A stretch of DNA of 63,979 nt, filler included, from an uncultured bacterium (GTDB taxonomy: Bacteria > CAYSBA01), in the NCBI GenBank assembly GCA_964429075.1. It is 9 parts of 9 records of this genome, joined end to end, with 100 filler letters (N's around TTAATTAATTAA, not from the genome) between each part and the next. Parts side by side here need not be neighbours in the genome. Positions count along the whole stretch, not along the records: positions 51,770 to 58,862 come from CAYSBA010000061.1; positions 58,963 to 63,979 come from CAYSBA010000122.1; 7 more parts are not named here. One strand, 5' to 3'. The notes below the pieces were generated by a model. The model was not told the origin of the DNA, made no database searches, and saw only the letters and a program-made list of their open reading frames with translations. Both the position numbers and the translations under genes were made by a program. Every line of letters starts with the position of its first letter. The first letter of the stretch is position 1. Positions 56,269 through 63,979 of the stretch are shown in pieces.

Positions 56269-57646
56269 CTTCCCTCTCGGTATAAATCCCTAATAACTTC
56301 ATGCGATACAGTAATCTGTGTCGCTCTATCTTGAGTGCCCTTGCTGTTTTTGAGACATTCCCATCATGATCTTTCAGGGCCTGCAATATGACCTCTTTTA
56401 TTATACCATTCAAACCCAGCCTCTTATAATCAAACCAGTGATTCACTCTATAATCATCATTTATAGAAATATCTATATCCTTAATCAAAGTCTCTGGCAG
56501 ATCCTTTACATCAATACGGCCCTCTTTTTTAAAGGTACATATCCATTGAGCTGTATTTTCAAGTTCTCTGATATTGCCTGGCCATGAATATTTCATTAAA
56601 ACATCCTTGACCTCTTTTGTGACCTCATATTCAGCATTATCAGAATACCTCTTTAAGAACTCCATAAAGAGTGGCATAATATCCTCTTTTCTATTTCTTA
56701 GTGGTGGTAAATAGAGTGGTATAACGCTCAACCTAAAATAAAGATCCTCTCTAAAGGCCCCTTTTCTCACCTCCCTGAGTAGGTCCTTGTTTGTTGCAGC
56801 AATGATCCTTACATCTATCTTCTCAGTCTTTTCCCCTCCAAGGGGAGTAATCTCTCCAAATTGAATCGCCCTCAATAATTTTGGTTGTAACTCCAATGGT
56901 AGATCTCCAATTTCATCCAGAAAGAGTGTCCCGCCACTGGCCTTTTTAAAAAGACCCAATTTTTTAGACTCTGCACCTGTGAATGCGCCCTTCTCATATC
57001 CAAATAATTCACTCTCAATAAGCGTTGCTGGTATTGCCGAGCAGTTTATTATAACAAAGGGCCAACTACTTCTGGAACTGTGATTGTGGATATATCTTGC
57101 TAGGACCTCTTTGCCAGTCCCGCTCTCTCCGGTCAAAAGCACTGTTGTATCTGTTATTGCAACACTTTTGGCCTGCTCAAAAACCCGCTTCATGGAGTTA
57201 CTGATTGCTATTGGGGTAGAAAATCCACTTTTATTTATAAGTCGTTTTAGCTCGCAGTTCTCTTTTTTTAGATCTTTAAGTTCAAGAATTCTCTTAATAC
57301 GGATCTCAAGCTCGGTCTTTGAAAATGGTTTTGTTAGATAATCGTATGCACCCAGTTTCATGGCCTCCACAGCAGATTCTATTGAACCAAAAGCAGTGAT
57401 AATAATAACAGCAAGATTAGAATCTATTTTCAATGCCTCCTTTAAGAGTAACTCACCTCTCATGCCAGGCATCATGAGATCTGTAACCATCACATCAAAA
57501 TCATCCTGACTCAACAATCTCAGTGCCTGGATTCCATTTTTTGCTACACGTACAAAGGCCCCTTTATCTACAAGATTAAAGGAAATTACACGTCTTAAAG
57601 TATCGTCATCATCTACAAGAAGGATCTTCGCACCTTTTAAAGACAT
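56252..57646 (-). CDS. Sigma54-dependent response regulator (NtrC family)
   Basis: REC domain, GESGTGKE, ESELFG, GAFTGA, WPGNIREL, Fis-type HTH. Confidence 0.95.
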   Translation of the reverse strand: MSLKGAKILLVDDDDTLRRVISFNLVDKGAFVRVAKNGIQALRLLSQDDFDVMVTDLMMPGMRGELLLKEALKIDSNLAVIIITAFGSIESAVEAMKLGAYDYLTKPFSKTELEIRIKRILELKDLKKENCELKRLINKSGFSTPIAISNSMKRVFEQAKSVAITDTTVLLTGESGTGKEVLARYIHNHSSRSSWPFVIINCSAIPATLIESELFGYEKGAFTGAESKKLGLFKKASGGTLFLDEIGDLPLELQPKLLRAIQFGEITPLGGEKTEKIDVRIIAATNKDLLREVRKGAFREDLYFRLSVIPLYLPPLRNRKEDIMPLFMEFLKRYSDNAEYEVTKEVKDVLMKYSWPGNIRELENTAQWICTFKKEGRIDVKDLPETLIKDIDISINDDYRVNHWFDYKRLGLNGIIKEVILQALKDHDGNVSKTARALKIERHRLLYRMKLLGIYTEREGDGKK

Positions 57647-57668
57647 CTTCTATCCTCCATCTTTAACC

Positions 57669-58857
57669 TCATACACATGGCAATTGAATCTCAAATACAC
57701 TCCACCCCTCCTTTCTTATATAATTAATGTCTCCATCATATCTTTTGATAATCTTATAGCAGATCGGCAGGCCAAGACCTGCACCAGCAGGTTTTGTTGT
57801 TACAAAGGGCGTAAAAATTCTATCTCTTATCTCTTCCGGGACTCCATTACCATTGTCCTTGACTCGAATATAACACCACCTCTCTTCATCTTGATCTATC
57901 TTTTCAACTTCAACGACAACCCTTATACCATGTTCTGGTGAGGCCTCAATGGCATTGTCGATCAGATTATCAAGAATCTGCTCCAACAACTCCCTGGGTA
58001 TTGTTACCTCTATCTGTTCACCTCTTACCATATATTCAACCTTTATATTGTCAGGTATAGATGCGTCCTTTGAAGATATATATTCTTCAATAAAACTAAC
58101 CAGATTGATATGTTCTTTTTTTGGATAGTATGTCTTTGCAAGGTGTAAAAAGCTNNNNNNNNNNCTCTACTATATTGTTAAGCCTATCTGTCTGTTTTAA
58201 GATTATTTTGGTCATCTCTTTCAGGTCTGAGTCAGATTTTAATCTCTCATAAACGATCTCACTTGCACCCTTTATGCTCGCAAGGGGATTTTTTATCTGA
58301 TGGGATAGACCTGCACTCAATTCACCCATAACAGCAAACCTATCAAGCATCTTCATTCTGTTTTCCACCTCAAGCAGCTCTTTACTCTTTTTTCTTAACT
58401 CCTTGTAGGCTATTTCAAGATCGCTCATTGTCTTTTTCAGCTCCATGTGGGCATTTTTAAGCCTGTTACTGCTTCGTCTTTCCATGTCAGATAGATATCC
58501 AGTCAAGACTGAGATTACTCCAAATAAAAAAATCTCTGTAAATTGTTCGTTGTTAATTATTGAATGTCCTTTCCACTGGATTAACACATGGGGTAGATAT
58601 AGGATAGATACAAATACCCATGCAAAAAGTCCGCCTCGTAATCCAAACCAGATAGAAGAAAGGATAAGGGGGATGTAGTACAGCCTCCTTATTATTGTAT
58701 GTAGTGAGAAATAATGAATTGGGGTTAGATAATGAAGCACACTTACTGTAATAGACAGGATCGCAATAAGCAGGATCTTACGTCTTGGGTTCTCATTTAT
58801 AAACCTGTCAAAAAGATTCTTCATCTTTCTTTGAATATGCAATTTACTTTCCAGCAT
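57669..58857 (-). CDS. Membrane sensor histidine kinase (one gene, split by gap 58155-58164)
   Basis: Four-TM DUF4118-like N-terminus, H-box SHQIKNPL, N box NLIDNAIEA, DNGNG, FTPFVTTK, GAGLGL. Confidence 0.9.
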
Positions 58858-58862
58858 ATAAC

Positions 58863-58962
58863 NNNNNNNNNNNNNNNNNNNNNNNNNNNNNNNNNNNNNN
58901 NNNNNNTTAATTAATTAANNNNNNNNNNNNNNNNNNNNNNNNNNNNNNNNNNNNNNNNNNNN
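58863..58962. other. Artificial contig-joining linker
   Basis: N44-TTAATTAATTAA-N44. Confidence 0.98.
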
Positions 58963-59103
58963 CCTCTATTTTGACCCTTTTACTACTCCTATTCCCTTTT
59001 TCTTTCTTCATTCCTGAACCCTGTTATCCTATATTTATCCTGCTATGTCCCCCTATTTTTCGAGATCTTTCTAAATATTGCTATTTGTTTTCTTGCTGGA
59101 TAT

Positions 59104-62100
59104 TCAGTAACTACCTATCAGTCTCACGAAAAATCCTCTATAGACATCATTTGCATCAACCAGCTCATCATCAACAAAGTTAGTCATATTATAGCCTGCA
59201 CCGATATATATTCCTCTGCCTGCAGGGAAAAGTAGTTCAAAAAGAAAACCAGATTCTCTATTCTTATTTAACCAGTCGGCATCAAAAAATTGTGTTAATA
59301 TTCTGTATTCGACTGCAAGTTCTGGACTGTTCTTGTCCCTCCCCAATGTATATCCGATCCTTGAAAGGGCAAGAATCAACCAGCTCTTTGTTGCATTTGC
59401 AAGAAGTACCTCCCTCTTTACATCCCTTCTTATTGCAAGTTTTGTAATTAGCTTAAGTCCCAGAGGCAATCTTACGGAGGGTGAAAGGCTAAGGGCAAAT
59501 CCTCTGCTTTCGCTGTAGTTGCCATAAGAGCCGTTGAGAGCTCCCTTAAGATACCATGACATACGAGAAAGGATCAAAAGTCCATCAAAAAGTCCGGGCC
59601 TTAAGGACTGACCGAATGTCAAAAGACCATAACGCGATATATCCTGTTTCTTTGTAATATCCCTTTCAATCGACAACTCAAGTGTACCAAGAAGACTGAG
59701 ATAATCTGTCCACCTGAAACCGGTTGCAAGTCTTAAACTATGCCCTATAGTATCACTCTGTGTTACCTCTCTGTTTTCATACCTTCCCTCATACATAAAT
59801 GAACCTTTCCATTTTTCTGAGTTCAAAAGTTCTGCCTTTATTGTCAAAAGATCCCTTGAGAACTGATCATTTTTGTCTTCGTTTGAATGAAACAGAAGTA
59901 ATGAAGGCGACACCTGCTGCCGTTCATAACCAATACCAATCTTTAAATCCCTTGTTATTTTAAATGTATCAGAATAACCAATTACCGCCTGTCCATAGGC
60001 TTCTTGTAGAGATGATTCCACCCTGTATTCAGAATATATATCACCCCTTTTTACCCCTATAATAGTACTGTTATTTATGCTGTTATTTTCTCTTTTGAAA
60101 TTCTGATCTATATAGAGCTGGCCTCTTTTATTTTTTAATTTTAAGCCTATTTTTGTGGAGTTATCACCACTCCATCTCAGCTTTTCCTGAAGATCAAAGG
60201 ATAGATTCTTGTTAATATCCCATTCAGCAGCAAGTGAAGTGGCTGCCCTGTCCCAGTAATCATTATATCCCACCTGACCAGCCCTTAAATGATACTCTTG
60301 TGAGATTTTGAGTACCAGAGGCCTCATGGCTCTGAAAGATGTCCCGAACCCAATGGCATCATCGAACCGACTATCTGGATCGTTAGAGTACTGTATGAGA
60401 GAATGGGCATACTCTGCATTCCAGATGGCACCGAATGCCTTTTTGTCGATCCGGAGTTTTGATGTCTGTTGATTTAAGAGATACTGACCATCAGCCGGTC
60501 TGTCCCTTCTGTAAAGACCCTCATGGGTCAACTGTATTTTAGTATCACTGTTAGCATCAAAGCTCATAGAGAGCCTAAACCTATGCATATTTGCTGCAGT
60601 AAAGGAATCTCTATTTGTAAATCCCGGTTCCTGATAGTTATATTCTCCCTCAAATCTTAAAGAATCTGGTAGAGAATGATGAATATCCTTTGCATTAATA
60701 TGAATAGACAGATCAACAGCAGGATGGTTACTGTCGGTTGATACAATATCGATCTTTTCATAACTGATACCACCATCAAAAGATACATTTTTATAACCAT
60801 CAAGACCTTTACTACTACCTGCTTCGATCGATATATCAGAATCATTACCAAACTTATAATCCAATTTTCCAGATATCAGTCTGTATGGTGCTGAATCGTC
60901 TTTGATCTGCATGTAACCTGCACCTACACGTAACCTATCCCATAGTGTGGTTGAGATGTAGCCGGCTCCTGTCGAAGGGCTCTTATTTTCATTAGAATAT
61001 GCATCATATTCAACAACCAAAAATACTTGATCACCATCTGAGGAATCGATCGGGTTTGTATCTATAATATCAGCACTGTCGCTCTGGCCTATACTCTCTT
61101 TAAGTACAATTCTTCCTGTTTTATAATCTATTGTATAATCTCTGTTTAATATCTTTTTTACCCTGCTTTTAACTATCCCTGTATCCCGGTCTCTTATAAC
61201 TATCTCAACATCCTCTGTCTGTTCAACGATATCTGTATGACTTGTGTAATATACACTGCCACCTGTTGCTGCGATCTCATCAAGCACATGGACCCTCTTT
61301 TGCTCCTTCTCGGTCACAAAACCTTCTGCATTGATAGCCACATCCTTTGAAACCTTTTTATCCAGCCTTAGTCTTGCCCCCATTGCAGTCTTTTTAAAGC
61401 GAAAGATATCTCCTTTTGTGATGTCAATATGGGTAATGCCATATACAAACTCAGATTTATCTGCATTTATAGCAAGATACAGAGGACCCTCAGTGTTGAC
61501 ATCCTTTACTACAGGAGCTGTATCTCCAAAGACAGGATAATACCTTGCTGGATCAAATAGGTTGGGAAGCTCACTTTCTGTTGTTGAGGATGCACTGTCG
61601 AGATGAGCTGTTATCTCAAGTTTCTCAAAGGGTCCCATTTCTCTATAAAGGCCTTTAAAGTAGGTACTGAGCCTGCCATTTAGTCTGATTCTATCTTTAA
61701 GAATTGAAGTTTTGTTAACAAACCACTGATCCCATAATCTATCCTTTCCAGAAAAGATACTACCATAACCAAGGGCCATCAAAAACCAACCTGTATCCTT
61801 TACAACATAGTGTTTTTTTATAATATAAGGTTCCATTCCTTTCATACCCACTTTGATAACTGCATCGAGTTCCCTTTTATCCTCTACTGGTAGATTGTAA
61901 GAAAATCGTCCTGATGATTCGATAAAGACACTCTCTCCATTTATAGTTACACTGGCGCCTGGTGGTACAAAACCGTGCACAAATAAGAACTTCCCCTTTA
62001 TAGTATTTCCGGAAGGCAGGTATATCATAGTCGGTATACCCTTTTTATAAGTTTTTTCATAAGAAGTTGTCTTCTTTGGAACAAAATTTAGAACAACACC

Positions 62101-63979
62101 TTTTTTAGACACTTTTACTTCAACAATTCCACCAGGCTCTTTTTCCTTTATAATTTTTGGTTTTATTAAATAAAAGCCACCTTTACCTTTTAATAGGAGA
62201 TTCTGATCAAGGGACTCTTTTTCAATGAAGCCTTCGACCTGACCATCCAATGTTTCTGATACATAAATACCCTTTTTGTTAACCCTCTCAGCAAATTGAG
62301 CTCTATCTACTCTGACATCAAGATCCGGTATATTAAATAGTTCAAAGACCACCCTTCTATTTAATGAGCGGTTTTTATGAGATATATTAGGTACAACTGG
62401 ATATTCAGAGCCATGTGGTATAATCTTTACAAACTCGAGTCTTTTTCTGGAAGATAAAATACGCAATATCTCTTTGCCTATACTAAGGGAACGTTTTTTA
62501 TCTACTTCGCTATCTCCACTGTCATCAACATATAGATGCATAACAGCAGCGTTATATTTAAGTATTTGATCGATATAGGGTGATATTCTCTTAGAAAGAA
62601 GTTTTTCAGATTCACTGAGGGCATCTACTTTGATGGATTTATCCGGTTTTCTCAGTACCACAAATCTATCTACATCTGATTGATAAATAACACCATCTGA
62701 TTCTGTATAGACAAGATAGTTGATAACATTTATGTCTCTGTTGAGGAGGTCCTTTATGTCTTTGAGATTTAGCTTAAAGAGACCCTTTGTCTTTTTGATA
62801 CCGATAACCCTGTTTTTATCTTCATTGAACAGGACAAGCTTTGCTTTTCTGTCTGGACCCTTTATAACAAATTCAATAGTTGAGTTGAGTTCAGGATCGT
62901 ATAAAATGTGTTGTTTGATACTGATTTCAGACTCAAGTTCTAAAAGATCTATAAATTTTTTACCAATCCTGACATAACCCTCCTTAAGATCACCCTCTAT
63001 CCTGATCTTCTTCTTTCCCTTATCCTTTTTTGCTAAGGGACTTTTCCTTACAAGAAAACCTTTTTCCTCTTTAAACCTGCACTCTGCTGGAAAGTTTATG
63101 CTCTCAACAAGTCCCGGGGTAAGATCGAGTATTAAACTCTCCTTTTTAATATTGATACCCTCTGGTACTGTATTATCATCTATCTTCACCATCCTGACAC
63201 CAGGATCAACTCCTGGAAAATGAAATCTACCAGATGGATCGGAGTAGGCATACCATCCAGTATCGATAAAGAATCTTATTCCTCCAATCCCGAATTCACC
63301 AGGATTTCTTATACCATCTTTGTTATCATCACAGAATACCTCACCGAGTAGTGTTGCAAGATCAAGGTCCGGGTCTTCTACAAGTTCTACATCAAATTCA
63401 GATCTGTTTGATATAGGGGTTCCATCAGCACTGACCACAATTGCAGAGTTAGGATGATTACCCAAGCTTGCATTAGACCTGAATACAGCATGATAGAGGA
63501 TTGTAACAGAACTTTTTGCATCAAGCTCAAAGGGCCCTATTAAAAGTATATTCCCAGCGCGATTTACAGAGAAGGCATTGTTGTCTATCTTCTTTCCGGT
63601 ATGGTCAAGCAATACAACAGAATCTTGGTCAACTCTCATCTGTGGGTCTATAATATCCCTTATATACAGACCTCCATTTAGATAGTCATAATTAAGATCA
63701 ATATTTGAATTGTTTTGAATGGTTATAGTATAGGTTACGATATCTGATCTTACAAATTGTGTACTGTCTGCACGCTTTTCAATTTTGATTAGTGAAGAGA
63801 GAGGATCGAGTGGTATATGGTTGTCGTAGAATCTGCCGCCACCACTTTTTAGATCAAACTCAAGGTAATAGGGATCACCGGGGTCAGGAAAATCATTCCT
63901 GCCAATAAAGCCATCAGATTCAAACTCATACACACCTTCTGCATGAAACAGGATTGATGGGAATTGATAGAAATACCCT
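59104..63979 (-). CDS. Very large outer-membrane protein: DUF11-like domain, SdrD-B-like domain, degenerate OmpA-like domain, large C-terminal beta-barrel (5' runs off window)
   Basis: IEKRAD..DIVTYTITIQN; GEVFCDDNKDGIRNPGEFGIGG; NRSLNRRVVF; YYPVFGD; C-terminal IGAGYN..F..GFFVRLIGSY. Confidence 0.75.
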   Translation of the reverse strand, partial: GYFYQFPSILFHAEGVYEFESDGFIGRNDFPDPGDPYYLEFDLKSGGGRFYDNHIPLDPLSSLIKIEKRADSTQFVRSDIVTYTITIQNNSNIDLNYDYLNGGLYIRDIIDPQMRVDQDSVVLLDHTGKKIDNNAFSVNRAGNILLIGPFELDAKSSVTILYHAVFRSNASLGNHPNSAIVVSADGTPISNRSEFDVELVEDPDLDLATLLGEVFCDDNKDGIRNPGEFGIGGIRFFIDTGWYAYSDPSGRFHFPGVDPGVRMVKIDDNTVPEGINIKKESLILDLTPGLVESINFPAECRFKEEKGFLVRKSPLAKKDKGKKKIRIEGDLKEGYVRIGKKFIDLLELESEISIKQHILYDPELNSTIEFVIKGPDRKAKLVLFNEDKNRVIGIKKTKGLFKLNLKDIKDLLNRDINVINYLVYTESDGVIYQSDVDRFVVLRKPDKSIKVDALSESEKLLSKRISPYIDQILKYNAAVMHLYVDDSGDSEVDKKRSLSIGKEILRILSSRKRLEFVKIIPHGSEYPVVPNISHKNRSLNRRVVFELFNIPDLDVRVDRAQFAERVNKKGIYVSETLDGQVEGFIEKESLDQNLLLKGKGGFYLIKPKIIKEKEPGGIVEVKVSKKGVVLNFVPKKTTSYEKTYKKGIPTMIYLPSGNTIKGKFLFVHGFVPPGASVTINGESVFIESSGRFSYNLPVEDKRELDAVIKVGMKGMEPYIIKKHYVVKDTGWFLMALGYGSIFSGKDRLWDQWFVNKTSILKDRIRLNGRLSTYFKGLYREMGPFEKLEITAHLDSASSTTESELPNLFDPARYYPVFGDTAPVVKDVNTEGPLYLAINADKSEFVYGITHIDITKGDIFRFKKTAMGARLRLDKKVSKDVAINAEGFVTEKEQKRVHVLDEIAATGGSVYYTSHTDIVEQTEDVEIVIRDRDTGIVKSRVKKILNRDYTIDYKTGRIVLKESIGQSDSADIIDTNPIDSSDGDQVFLVVEYDAYSNENKSPSTGAGYISTTLWDRLRVGAGYMQIKDDSAPYRLISGKLDYKFGNDSDISIEAGSSKGLDGYKNVSFDGGISYEKIDIVSTDSNHPAVDLSIHINAKDIHHSLPDSLRFEGEYNYQEPGFTNRDSFTAANMHRFRLSMSFDANSDTKIQLTHEGLYRRDRPADGQYLLNQQTSKLRIDKKAFGAIWNAEYAHSLIQYSNDPDSRFDDAIGFGTSFRAMRPLVLKISQEYHLRAGQVGYNDYWDRAATSLAAEWDINKNLSFDLQEKLRWSGDNSTKIGLKLKNKRGQLYIDQNFKRENNSINNSTIIGVKRGDIYSEYRVESSLQEAYGQAVIGYSDTFKITRDLKIGIGYERQQVSPSLLLFHSNEDKNDQFSRDLLTIKAELLNSEKWKGSFMYEGRYENREVTQSDTIGHSLRLATGFRWTDYLSLLGTLELSIERDITKKQDISRYGLLTFGQSLRPGLFDGLLILSRMSWYLKGALNGSYGNYSESRGFALSLSPSVRLPLGLKLITKLAIRRDVKREVLLANATKSWLILALSRIGYTLGRDKNSPELAVEYRILTQFFDADWLNKNRESGFLFELLFPAGRGIYIGAGYNMTNFVDDELVDANDVYRGFFVRLIGSY

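Noticed and set aside
58971-59183. 70-aa hydrophobic plus-strand ORF
   Set aside because: Reflects a purine-rich minus-strand intergenic region and overlaps the OM protein gene; more likely the start of a truncated minus-strand gene

Overview
This is not one continuous locus. Nine contigs of about 7 kb, sorted by decreasing length, are joined by artificial 100-bp N44-TTAATTAATTAA-N44 linkers, and there are five internal 10-N scaffold gaps. The DNA is AT-rich (roughly 35-40% GC by eye) and gene-dense. It carries several Myxococcota-type markers: Glt/Nfs envelope proteins, AgmX/PglI C-terminal domains, an MXAN_5187-type C-terminal domain and a MYXO-CTERM sorting signal. Housekeeping genes include coaE, glmM-pdxJ-acpS-nnr, pncA, partial rpsF, ligA, ftsH, metH, tig-clpP-clpX, rplC, copA and three tRNAs (Gln-CTG, Glu-CTC, Leu-TAG). 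Five loci stand out. (1) A multiheme cytochrome operon (at least 20 heme motifs, one OmcE/OmcS-like domain) built around a 1317-aa NHL/PKD surface protein with a MYXO-CTERM anchor. (2) An orphan rplC leading a contiguous Glt/Nfs A-B-C-D-type cluster. (3) A tRNA-linked operon of a ClpA/C ATPase, a Fic protein lacking its catalytic His and a degenerate cysteine-desulfurase homolog. (4) A DacZ-type diadenylate cyclase. (5) A giant DUF11/OmpA-like/beta-barrel outer-membrane protein. No CRISPR array, rRNA or mobile element was seen. All family calls come from motif recognition, not from database searches.
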